From contig QPMI01000167.1 of assembly GCA_004431415.1 (NCBI GenBank), positions 1-64,000 on the forward strand: DNA of 64,000 bases, written 5' to 3'. Shown piece by piece: positions 36,205 through 47,477 of the stretch. The notes beneath the pieces were generated by a model. It ran no database searches, was not told the DNA's origin, and saw only the letters and a program-made list of their open reading frames with translations. A program made the translations under genes and the position numbers. Numbering within the stretch: position 1 is the stretch's first letter; each line of letters begins with the position of its first letter. Source of the DNA: Cyanophora paradoxa CCMP329. Taxonomy: Eukaryota; Plantae; Glaucophyta.

Positions 36205-39200
36205 TCACTTGCGGACGAGGCCGCGGGCCTGCGGGTACATCTGCGAGGGGTCGGCCTCCTCGGCGATGGGCCCCTCGTCGCTCTTCGGGCGCGCCTTCCG
36301 CCTGCGCGCCGCTCAGGGGGCGCCGGGGCCGGCGCCGGGGAGGGGCGCACGTGGCGGTCGAGGGCCGGGCGCTGCCCTTGCTGATGGAGTTGGAGCGGGG
36401 GGGCTTGGGGGCCCCCTCGGCGCCGTCCTTGGGGGCGTAGGAGTAGTAGACGTTGCCGTAGGCCTCGCCGGGGGGGCCGGCGGCGGCGCCCTCGTCGGCC
36501 TGCTCGTCGGCCATGGCGGCGTTGATGGCGGCCTGCATGCGCTGGGCCCCCTGCGCCCCCTCGTAGTCCTGCGTCGTCCGCTCCGGCATGTCCAGCTCCA
36601 GGTTGATGATGTTCTCGTACTGCCGCGCCCCGTCAGCCCCCGCCCCGCCCCCTCCCGCCCCCGCCCCGCGCTCCCCGCACCCGGTAGCGCGGGTTCTGGT
36701 CCCCCATCGCCGCCGCCACGCGCGCCGACTCGGCAACGGGGCGCCGCAGGCCCACCGCCGAGGGCGGCCGCTTCGCCCGCCTGCGCGCAACGGGGTCACG
36801 GGGCGGGCGGGGGCCGGCGGGCGGGTGACGTACACGTTGTTGCCGGCGTGCGCGATGCGTGCGAGGCTCCACTCCTGCCGCTCGTCGTCCCACTGGGCCC
36901 GCTGCGCCGGCCTCAGCGCGGGGTCCAAGGGGCGGCGGGCGGAGCGCGCGCCCGCTGGATCTTCTGGGCCTCCTCGGGGGGGATGAAGTTGTCGATGACG
37001 AGGTTCTTGAGCTTGATCTCCTGCGTGAGCTCGCGGATCGTCGAGAGCAGGTCCTCCCGCTCCTGCTGGAACTCCTCCGACAGGTCCCGCACCTGCCGCC
37101 CCCCGCGCGCCCGTGAGGCCGGGGCCGGGGGCGCGGGGGGCGGAGGCGGGGCGGGGCGGGCCTCGGTCTTGGACTGCTGGAGCTTGGCCCAGAGCTTCTT
37201 CATCTTCTGCTTCTGGGAGGCGACCTCCTCCTCGAGGGACGCGAACTTCTCCTCGGCCATCAGCTGCGCCTCCTGCCGCTCCGCCAGCTCCCGCGAGAGC
37301 AGCATCTCCTGCCGCTTCCGCTCCTCCAGCTCGAACTGCGCCCGCCGCAGCTCCGCCTCCTGCTTCTTGGCCTTGTCGATGATCTCGGAGCCGCGGAGCA
37401 GCTTCTCCTCCATGGCCTTGAGGCGGACGGCGATGGCCTCCTTCTCCTTGCGCTCGTTCTCGACCTCGGCCTGCATCGACTCCAGCTCCTGCTGCCGCGA
37501 CTCCATCTCCCGCTGCCGCCGGTCCAGCTCCTCCGCAATCCGCCCCTTCTCCTCCTCCGTCCGGTTCCGCTCGTGCAGCAGCGCCTCCCGCTCCGACGCC
37601 AGCTTCTCGGCCTCGGCGCGGAACTTGAGGGTCTCCGCCTTGAGCTTCTCCGCCCGCGCCTCCAGCTTCGCCGAGCGCGCCAGCAGCTTCTGGTTCTCCG
37701 CCCCCTTCATCTGCATCTCCTGCTCCATCTGCTTGAGCACCTCCTCGCTCACGCCGGCCTGGATCACCTGCGCGGCTGCTCGGCCGGGCCCCCGGGGGCG
37801 GGGCGGGGCGGGGCGGGGCGGGCGGGCCTGGACGTCGCGGGAGTTCTGCGCCTCGGCGAGCTTGCGCTGGAGCTCAGCGAACTCCTCGGGGGAGATGAGC
37901 GACGCCGTCTGCCCCGCCGCCCCCGGCACCGCCACCCCGAAGCCGGCCCCCGCGCTCGGAGACCCCCCGGCCTGCAGCCGCTGCTGCTCCTCCAGCGCCA
38001 TCTTGAGCCTGCCCCGCCACCGCTCGGGCCGCCCCTCGAGGGAGCGGCGCGGGCCGGGGCCCGGCGGGGCGCGCACCGCTTGATCTCCTCCTGGAACTCG
38101 CGGAGCATCGCGTCCTTCGGGTCCTCGTTGATGCGCGGCTTGTTCTTGATGTTCTTCGCGCGGTTCGCGTACCTGGCGCCCCCGCCCCCGCTCGCCCATC
38201 GCGGGGCGGGGGAGGCCGGGAGGAGCGGAGCGGGGCGCACCGGAGAGTGGAGAGCGTCTCGTCGTAGTTGTAGTCGGCCGGCGAGAGCGTGGCGATCATA
38301 GCAGTCTGCGCGGCGAGGTCTGGGGCCCGCCGGGCGGCGTGGCGCGGCCTCCCGCACCTTCGTGTTGCCACCGAGCGAGTCTTGCAGCAGGCGCGTGAGC
38401 TTCGAGTCACGATACGGGATGTGAGAGCTCTTCCCGTCCACGAGCGCGCTGATGACGTTGCCGAGGGCCGAGAGCGACAGGTTAATCTTCGTCGCTTCCT
38501 TCAGGCGGTCGCCCTGCAGCCGCGTCAGGGGTCGCGCCGCGCAGGCCGGCGGGGCGGGGCGGGCTCACGGTGGCGCCGGTCTTGCTCTGGCGCTCGGAGC
38601 CGGCGAGATCGACGAGGTTGAGCTTGCCGGCGCGGATGTGGGCCTGGCCGTCGGGCCCGATCTCGCTCGTCTCGATCGTGATCGTGAAAATCGAGTGCGA
38701 GCGGGACGAGTCCTGCCGCTGCCGTCAGGGCGCCGGCGCGGGAAGCCGGCGCGGGCGGGGGTCCCTCGGCACCTGGTTCATGAGGGTGGCGCCGACGGTG
38801 CGATTCTTCTTTCCGACCTGCATCACGTGGTCGATCTCCGCCACGCCCTTGACGACGAAGGAGGTGAGGTCCTGCGCCCCGCCGCCCCCTGCGTCAGCCG
38901 CGCTCGACGCGAAGGAGAAGAAAGGAAGAGGGACGGGCCTTGACGTAGACACCGATGTCGGGGCTCTCCTTCAGTTCGAGCTTCGCCTTGCTGTCCTTCC
39001 CCAGCAGGTCGCGGATCTGTGTTCAGCGCACGGCCCCTCTTAGCTGAGCGAGGCACGGAGAGAGGGGGCTGACGGTCTCGCCTCCTCGTTGTAGATCTCG
39101 AGGAAGGAGGCGCGGACGAGGAATTCCTGCGCGGCGGGGTGAGACCGCCGCGCGCGAGCTCAGGCTCTTCTAGCGCCCACCTTCTGGTCGGACATGGTCT

Positions 39201-39783
39201 GGATGCTGTCGAAGATGTACTGGAAGCTGTTCGGGATGATGCCACGCATCTCGGCGTTCTCATCTTTGCCTTCCATAGTGTGGGTCTTGCCAGTGCCGGT
39301 CTGCCCGTACGCGAAAATGGTGCCTGCACACCGATCAAATTACTCGGCCGGCAAGGAGCGCCGCGGCGCAGCAGCGACGCGCTCACCGTTGTATCCCTCC
39401 ATCGTACTTTCCACGATGGGCATGGCGGTCTCCTTGAACACCATCCCCTGGGTTGAACTGGAATAACAGGGCTCAGAGGCGCTGCCAAGCTGGCGCAGCG
39501 AGAGCGAGCGCACTTCGGGTCGTATGAAGCATCGAAAGAGAAGGTCTTAGGCGGCTCCTTTGCGTCAGCCTTAGGATTGCGGAGCGAGCACATGCCAGAC
39601 GAAGTGTCGAACGTGAGGACGCTGCGGCGGCGCGGAGAAAGCGGCGCATCAGGCTCGGCATGTCATCTAGCAACGCTAGCTAAGCGCACACCTCTCGCAG
39701 TTCCGGTCCATCTCCTTCTTGTTCATCGGACGGCAGCGGACAACCACCCGCACCGCCTCAGAGTTTCCTGGTGGCTTCGACAT
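36205..39783 (-). CDS. KIF3: Kinesin-2 motor subunit (KIF3B/FLA8-like, anterograde IFT), 18 exons
   Basis: [76 protein letters not shown]; tail [19 protein letters not shown]...[10 protein letters not shown]. Confidence 0.95.
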
Positions 39784-40184
39784 CTTTGCAGGGCTGGCTG
39801 ATGTGGCGCTGTCTGCTGCGCCGCTGTGTGCACGAAAGAGGTCGCTCGGCTGCGCTGTGCTCGCTGGGTCTGCAAAAGAGCAGCTTTGAAGGTGATGCTG
39901 TGCGCAGCAGAAGCACGCTCGCAGCCGCGCGGGGTGCCGTGCCACCTCACTCCACTACTACCCCGGCGTCGCTTCTTCCCGGGGAGCCAACGACGGGTAC
40001 ACTAGGCTTGAAGTTTGCAAGCAAGTCTGCTGGGTGCGCAGCGGCCCTCCCGGCGCAGCTGTCCGCCGTACTGATCATTCGGTCGCAGTCGAGCGCTGTG
40101 ACGCGCTCCACATCATCAGCAGGAACCCGCGCGGAAGGTCGAGAATCGTCTCGTCACGTCCGCAGTCGAGAGACGAAGTATCAA

Positions 40185-42786
40185 ATGCTGACCTCGAAGC
40201 TTCTGAGGCCGCTTGCGCCGACTGCGAGTTTTGCGCGGGCCCCGCGCCACCTATCCGGCCTGTCCTCGACCCCGCTGAGGCGAGCCGCGGCCGACAGCAT
40301 TTTTCGTGAATTGCGCGCGCTTATGCGCGTGCTTTCCAGGTCACTGACGGGCATCCGCGGGCTTGCGAGTACGGTGGGCCGTTGGTTTATCCCGTCTGCG
40401 TCATTTGGTGACATTTACAAACCTAACTCGACGTGCAGGCCAGCGTTCAGGCCGGCGTGCAGCAGACATCCGTCTTCGGTGCTTTGCATATTTCTCAGCT
40501 TCGCAGCTCCGCTGACGTGCGAATTGCGGCCGCGTGTTCAGGCTCCGGCCCCAAGGAGCCCGTTCTGGATGCCCTCGTGAAGTCGGGCCTGGTGTGGGAC
40601 CGGCCAGAGCTGCGCGGAAACAAGAAGCCGCTGAAAGTGAAGACGGCGGCGGAGGCAGCGGAGATCGTGAAGTCGGGCGACCGCATCTTCGTCCACGGGA
40701 GCGCCGCCACCCCCAACGACCTCATCTGGGGCGTCTACGCGTGCGCCCCTCTACCCCCTGCGCCGACGCCCGCGACGCTGAAACCTCCTCGCGCGCGACA
40801 GGCACAAGGAGCGGCTGCGGGACGTGGAGTTCACGGTGCGGTCGGGGCGGGCCGGCCGCTCCCCCGCGGGGCGCGCGCTGACGGGGCGGCGCTCGCAGCA
40901 CATCCACGTGAACGGCGAGGTGCCCTACGGCGACCCGGACTTCCGGTGCGCCCGACTCCCCGCCGGCCCCGCCCCGGCGCCGGCCGAGCGGCCGGCGCAC
41001 AGGAAGTCGTTCGACGTGGCGAACCTCTTCTGCGGGCAGTGCGCCTTCCCCACCCTCGGCCGACGCCGTCCCGCGGCCGGCGCCGGGGGCGTGACGCGGG
41101 GGGGCGTGCAGCAACATCCGGGGGATCATCGACTACGATAACATCGACTACCTGCCGTGCTTCATGAGCGACGCGCCGCGCATGGTCCGCGACGTCCGCC
41201 CCGTCTCCGTCGCCCTCCTCCACATCTGCCCCCCCGACGCCGACGGCTGGTCCAGGCGCGCCCCGCCCCGCCCCGCCCCGCCCCGCCCCCTCGCCCCCGC
41301 CTGCCCTGACGCGTCGCAGCCTGGGGACGAGCACGTTCGTGGCGCGGACGGCGGCCGAGCGCGCTGACCGCATCATCGCCATCGTGCGCCCCGCCAGCCA
41401 GCGCTCCCCGCGCTGGCCGCCCTCCTCGCGAGCCCCCGCCGCAGGTGAACCCGACAGTTCCGCGCATCGGCGGGGCGGCCCGCATCCACATGTCCATGGC
41501 GCGCCCCCCGCCCGGCCCCGCGCGCGCCGGCGCCGGCGCCTGACACGGCGGCAGATCGACCGGTACATCGAGTCGGACAAGCCGATCTACGAGGTGAAGG
41601 CGCCGGAGATCGGGGACGCGGAGATGCGCATCGGGCAACACGTTGCCGGCCTCATCGAGGACGGCGCGCCCCCGGGAGCCCCGGCCCGCCGCCTTGGGGG
41701 CGTCTGAGGGGCGGCGCGCAGGCTCGTGCCTGCAGGTGGGCATCGGGGCCGTCCCGGAGGCGGTGCTCGTCGCCCTGCGCAGCCACCGCCGCCTGGGCGT
41801 CCACACCGGTGCGCTGCCCCGCCGCCCCGCGCCTTGCCGGCCGGCGAAGGCGAGGGGCGGCCCGGCGGGCAGAGATGTTCAGCGACGGGGTGATGGAGCT
41901 GATGAAGAGCGGGGCGGTGGACAACTCGGAGAAGGTGGTGCGCCCCGGGAAGGCCGTCGTCGGCTTCCTCCAGGGCTCCCGCTCCTTCTACAACTTCCTC
42001 GACAACGTCCGCCCGCCCCGCCCCCGGCCCCCTCGCCCCGCGCCCACCCCCGCCCCCCAGAACCCCCTCGTCGAGTCCCACGAGGCGGTGCCCCGCCCCG
42101 CTGCCCCGCCCGCCGCCCCGAGGTGAGGGGGCGGGGCGGGGCGGGTGGCAGGACTTCACGAACAACCCGGCGGTCATCTCGCGCAACCCCAAGGCCGTCT
42201 CCATCAACAGCGCCACGCAGGCAAGGCCGCCCGCCCGCCGCGCACCGCCGGTCCCCCGCCTGAGGGCTCCCGTCTCGTGCAGGTGGACCTGACGGGGCAG
42301 GTGTGCGCGGACTCGATCGGGCACCGCATCATCTCGGGGGTCGGCGGCCAGATGGACTTCATGCTCGGCGCCTCCCAGAGCAAGGGCGGCAAGGCCATCA
42401 TCGCCCTCACCGCCCGCACGGCCCACGGGCAGAGCCACATCGTCCCCGCCATCTCCCTCGGCGGCGGCGTCGTCACCTCCCGGCCCGCCCCGCCCCGCCC
42501 CGCCCCGACCCTCTTCTCTGACCCCGCGGCGCCGCAGGCCGAACGTGGGGTACGTGGTTACGGAGTTTGGCGTGGCACAGATGGTGGGCAAGACGCTCCA
42601 CGAGCGCGCGCGCGCCCTCATCGACATGTCCGCCCCCGCGCCCCGGCCCGTCCCCGCGCGACCCCCGTCGTTGAGCCCCTGACCCGCGACCTCGCCGCCA
42701 GCGCGCACCCCGACGACCGGGAGGCGCTGGAGCGGGAGTGGGTCAACAACCACAAGAAGCAGAAGGCCGCCGCCCACGCCCACTAG
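40185..42786 (+). CDS. Family I CoA-transferase (4-hydroxybutyrate CoA-transferase / ASCT-IB-like) with a mitochondrial-type presequence
   Basis: GDRIFVHGSAATP, LQVGIGAVPEAV, GVHTEMFSDG, QVDLTGQVCADSIG, ISGVGGQMDF, YVVTEFGVA, AHPDDRE; N-terminus rich in R/L/S and nearly free of acidic residues. Confidence 0.93.
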
Positions 42787-43128
42787 CCATCCCTCGCACG
42801 TCACACCCGGCTCTCGGTCGAACAGCTCCCGCAATTTCTTTCAGGGCCCCGGCCCACTATGTAGCTCTTTCAACAGCAACAGTTGCAGTTTCAGAAACAC
42901 GAACCCGTGTGTATGTTAGCCGTGCAGTGCTCAGTTGCGAGCACTACTTGTGCAGTGTTTTAGAGCAAGTCCGCGTTCTTCATGATCAATTGAACCAGTG
43001 TCTACGCCTCGATTGATCGCTGTTTGATCATCGGATGTCGATTGATTGCACCGTTGAGCGCGGATCGCGGCCCCCACGCGGGGCGCCCAGGGACTGTACA
43101 TGGGGGCGGTGCGGGCGGGGCCGGGGCG

Positions 43129-44214
43129 TCAGGGGTAGGAGCCGTCGTCGAGGCCGGCGGCGGCGAGGTCGAGGGTGCCGTCGACGTCGGCGAGGCCCTC
43201 GTGGCCCTCGGCGTCCGCTAGGGCCTCCCCCGCGTCCTCCGCCCCCGCCTCCTCCGCCACCTCCCCCGCCGCCTCCTCCACCTGGTACTTGTGGACGTGC
43301 TCCGTCGAGGCGATCGCCGCCTTGAACGCCGAGGCGATGTGGTCCGCCACGGGCGCGTGGTGGGCGCTGATCTGGGCCCCCTGGTGGGCGTCCGCGTGCT
43401 TCGCCGGCGCCGAGTGCTTCTCGGCGTGCTTCCCGTGGGCGCCCTTGATGTGCGCCCGCAGGTGGTGCACCTGCGCCGCCTTCCCCTTCCCCTCCGCCGT
43501 GTACCGCGCCACGCACGAGAGGTGCACGTCGTGCCCTGCCCCGCCGTGAGCCGCCCCGCCGGGGCTCCCGAACCCAGGGCCCCGCACCGGGCGGCGCGAC
43601 GGCGAACTTGGAGAGGAGCTTGGCCAGAGCGTCTGCCTGCGAGGACGGCGCAGCCGCCTTCGCGTGCGCGTCCGACGCCGCCGCGGGGGCCTTGTGGGTC
43701 ACGACGACGGCTTTGGCGGCGTGGCTCGGCGCCTTGTCGGGCAGCGCTGAAATGACCTTCGCCCCCGCCTTGGCGGCGATCGTGGTAGGGTCCAGGTCTG
43801 TTTGAAGCCGTTAAAAGAGAGCGCGAAGGCCGCAGGGCCGCAGGGCGGCCGGAGGTCGCACGCTGCTCAGTCTTGACCACGCTGATTTTGCTGGCCGCCT
43901 CGGGCTCCGAGGCCACTTTGACTGCGTGGGCCGCCTTGGCTACGTCCACCCGCTCGACGCGGTGCTGGACGTGCGAGGCGCGGAGGACGGCGCCAGATGC
44001 GTGAGCCTCTGCCGGCGGGTGGGTCGCCGTGTGCTCGACTGTCTTGGTCCCGTGGGTGTGGCCATGATGTGCCTGCTGGCTGGCAGCAGGCGCCGCGGTC
44101 GCCGACTTGGCCGCGACGATGCTCGGGTGCGCTGCGGGCGCGATTTCTCAGTATATGAAAATGCTATATGCCGCAGTGCAAGGGGAAGCGCCACATACAT
44201 TCGGCCTGCCCCAT
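43129..44214 (-). CDS. His/Ala/Lys-rich low-complexity protein with a putative N-myristoylation start (MGQAES)
   Basis: ATG GGG CAG GCC GAA T|gtatgt...cag|CG CAC; further exons HHGHTHGTK..., AHIKGAHGKHAEKH...; stop 43129. Confidence 0.55.
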
Positions 44215-44705
44215 CCGATGATCTCAGCCGGCCTTCACCAGGCGATTCGAGTAGCGTACCCCCCTCTTCCGGCCGCCGGGCCGGCTCATGATCACAACTT
44301 GGCAAATGCTTCTCAGTGCGTGTCAACGTTTAACGCGTGCGTATACGAAGCTGACACATGTATTGGGTACTACTAGGCAATAGCTACAGTTGCGCATCAC
44401 GATGCTGAAACCGACACATCGAGGCCTGCACAAAGGCCTGCCGGCGCCTAAAGAACAGAACTGGATAAAATCTAAATCTACGAAGCCTGAAGCCTAAACC
44501 TAGCCTGGTGCCCCTGAGCTAGCATCTAAGCGCTGTACATGCACAAAAAGACGATTCAGCCGCGGCCGGAACTGGTTCTTGCGGATAGACCGCCGGAGAG
44601 CCCGCCACGTGGACGTGCAGCCGCGTGCCGCGTGACAGAACCGGTTCTTGCGTTTGTGGGCGGGGCGGGCGCCCGCCGCGCGCGGCGCGCAGTTCCGCGG
44701 TGGCG

Positions 44706-46113
44706 ATGGGGAGGTCCGCCGCCGCCGCCGCCGCTTGCGGGCCTTGCGCTTCCTCACCGCCCTCGCCCTCCCCTGCGCCGGCGCGCAGAGGTCGGAAGCC
44801 GAAGAAGAAGAAGCCTCGCCGCGGGCCCGGGCCCGGCTCTGACCCCGCCGCCGACGCCGTGCGCTTCGCCTTCCGCTTCCCTTCGGCCCGCCTCGCTCAC
44901 TCCTCGCAGGACGAGCCGCCTGACGGGCCTCCGGCGCCGGTGGCCGCTCCTGGGGTCGCAGAATGGGCGGCGGCCCCGATGGACATTGAAGCGGCGCCGT
45001 CGCCGGCTTCTGCTCCGTCCGCGGCTTCTGTTGCCGCTGCGCCCGTGCGTTGGGGCCCGGGGGCCGCTCCCTTATCGGCCTTCGCCGCCTGACCTTCCCC
45101 CCTTCCCTTCACCCGCCATCCGTGGTCCCTTCTCTCCCTTCTGCCCCAGGTCAGGTCAGGCGCTGCGGGCGGAACCTCACCAGGGCGACCGCGCGCCAGT
45201 TGCTTGCGGGGGGGCACGGCGAGTGCGCCTGGGGCCTTTCCTCGCCCCCCTCGCCCTCGTGCGCCTCTTGAGGGGTCCTCTCAGATTCCGGCGCCGGCTG
45301 GAGGAGGCCGCCCGGCACGGAGAGTGCGAGGTCCACCTGGTCCTCGAGCACTACACCTCCAAGACGTGCGGCAACTGCGGTCGGCTCAACGACCGGCTGC
45401 GCGGGAGCAAGACGTTCCACTGCCCCCACTGCGGCGTCGTGATGGACCGCGACTGGAACGGGGCCAGGTGAGCCTTAGCTGCCAGGCTTAAAGGCCGATC
45501 GTAAACTCCTGTATCTATCTATCTGTGTTAAGTCCCCTGGTAACTCTGGCGGTCGTAGCTCTAGCGATCGTAACTCTGGCGATCGTAGCTCCGGGCTTGC
45601 CTCTAGCGATCGTAATTTTCCCGATCGTAACTCTAGCGATCGTAACTCTCGCGATCGTAGCTCCGGGCTTGCCTCTAGCGATCGTAATTTTCCCGATCGT
45701 AACTCTAGCGATCGTAACTCTCGCGATCGTAGCTCCGGGCTTGCCTCTAGCGATCGTAATTTTCCCGATCGTAACTCTAGCGATCGTAACTCTCGCGATC
45801 GTAGCTCCGGGCTTGCCTCTAGCGATCGTAATTTTCCCGATCGTAACTCTAGCGATCGTAACTCTGGCGATCGTAGCTCCGGGCTTGCCTCTAGCGATCG
45901 TAATTTTCCCGATCGTAACTCTAGCGATCGTAACTCTGGCGATCGTGACTCTCGCGTTCGTGACTCTAGCGATCGTAATCTTTCGTCGCCACCGAATCGT
46001 CCGACGGTCTAATCGTAATTCCCCGCAGGAACGTCCTCCTCCGCGTGGCCTCTGGCGTCGACGAGGCCCGGAGGCTGCCTCCGGAGGGTCCCCAGCAGCA
46101 GCAGCCGCAGTAG
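44706..46113 (+). CDS. Truncated, spliced Fanzor1 (TnpB-family) gene, 182 aa predicted
   Basis: Exons 44706-44713, 44789-44858, 44910-45044, 45155-45222, 45285-45467, 46029-46113 join in frame (549 nt): MGRGRKPKKKKPRR...RNLTRATARQLLAGGHGEFRRRLEEAARHGECEVHLVLEHYTSKTCGNCGRLNDRLRGSKTFHCPHCGVVMDRDWNGARNVLLR...*. The family call is firm; the first three exons are less certain. Confidence 0.8.
45541..45980. repeat. 72-bp higher-order tandem array built from 15-bp CGATCG-containing units, inside Fanzor intron 45468-46028
   Basis: CTCCGGGCTTGC recurs at 45589, 45661, 45733, 45805 and 45877; unit = CTCTAGCGATCGTAA TTTTCCCGATCGTAA CTCTAGCGATCGTAA CTCTCGCGATCGTAG CTCCGGGCTTGC. Confidence 0.95.
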
Positions 46114-46330
46114 GTCAGGGTAGCCTTTAATTTAGTATATATTCTTCTTCATCGCGTAGGCCGCCTTCCCAGAGGATAGGCCTCGCAGACGGGGGTAGCC
46201 CGGTTCGCGCCTCGTTCTTCGGGGCTTTGCGAGCTTGGCACTGCTCTACTATCCCCCTACGGGCCCGGCATCCCCCGGGTACCAGCACGTAGCATGTGGG
46301 CGTGTAGCTACTGTGTAAAGAGCAAAAAGA
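46114..46330 (+). ncRNA. Candidate Fanzor omegaRNA region
   Basis: Directly 3' of the Fanzor stop; nested stems CTCGCAGA(46182-46189)/TTTGCGAG(46226-46233) and GCCTCG/CGGGGC, plus a downstream CCCGG/CCGGG stem. Supported by position and foldability only. Confidence 0.3.
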
Positions 46331-46432
46331 CGCGCATCCGAACCAATAAATAACTGTATCCTGAACCAACTGCAGCTATATAAATACTCTCATAAATTTC
46401 GCCTGGGCTGGCGCGAGGAGTGGGAGGCCGGG

Positions 46433-47477
46433 TCACTCCGGCACGGGGATCCCATGCTGGCGGAGGAGCTGGGAAATCTCGTCCATGCGCTTCTGCGGGG
46501 GGGCGTCGGCGGGCAGCGGAGGGCGGTGGGTGGGTGCGGGGCGGGGGCCCACCTGGAGCTTGGCGTTCTCGAGGGCGGCGACGGAGAGCTGCCCGACCTT
46601 CTCTGCGAGGGGGTGAGACCGCCTTCGGGGCGTGGCGTTGCGCGCGGGGGCGGACCGAAGAGGGCCTTCGACTTGGCCTTGGACTCGGCCTGGGCCTGCT
46701 GCCTGAGGGCCCCCTCCCGCTCCGCCTCCGCCGCGCTCTCCTCCGCCGCCTGCGTCGCCGTCCGCCACATCCCCCGCACCCGCCCCAGCTCCCCCTCGAC
46801 CGCCTCCGCCCGCGCCTCGGCGGCGCGCAGCTCCTCCTCGAGGGCCGCGATCTGCGCCGACAGCGCCTCCACCGCCTCCGAGCCCTTCGCCCGCATCGTG
46901 TCCGCCCTCTGCTCCGCCGCCGCCAGCCGCCCGCCCTTCTCCGCCAGCGCCGCCTCCAGCTCGGCCACGCGCCGCCGCAGCCCGTCCCGCTCCGCCTCGC
47001 CCTCGCGCAGCGCCCGCCCCAGCATCTCGTTCTCTATCACCAGCCGCCGCGACTCTGCAGCCAGCGCGAAGGCAGGCGCGTCGGCGGGGTGGGGCGAAGG
47101 GGATGCGGGGCGGGGCGCTCACCGTCCAGCGCAATCTCGTGGACGAACCGCAGGGAGGCGATCTCGGTCCTGAGGCACGAATTTACGGTGGCATCGGCGG
47201 ATGGGACCAGCTCGCGTTGGCTCTTGCTCCGTATCCCGCAGGTGGAACTACTGCGCGCTCTGATGATGCGCTCGCTTTTCGAAGAGGGCGAGAAAGGGAG
47301 GCATTCCAGGATGCTGGCGTTGGGGAGCTGATCGAGGCGGAAGCCCGACGCGGGTTCGAAGTGCGGCGCAGGCACAGGAACGACTGCTGGTGATGCGCAT
47401 GGGGACGACAATTGCAAGTATGTAGTCCCAAAGCCTGCTAAGCCGCCGTGGGCATTGAAATCAGCTACGTTCGCCAT
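46433..47477 (-). CDS. Hypothetical coiled-coil protein
   Basis: ATG 47477; heptad-rich exon (LRRRVAELEAALAEK...); ends QLLRQHGIPVPE*. Confidence 0.6.

Noticed and set aside
39662-39674. RFX X-box-like GTCATCTAGCAAC in kinesin-2 intron 1
   Set aside because: Single imperfect match, none noticed at LRRC23, and RFX factors are not expected in algae.
45541-45980. CRISPR array next to a TnpB-like gene
   Set aside because: Units are contiguous and near-identical with no unique spacers; it is a minisatellite.
45525-46130. 201-aa hydrophobic repeat ORF (LAIVTLAIV...)
   Set aside because: A by-product of the 72-bp period, has no ATG start, and lies in the inferred Fanzor intron.
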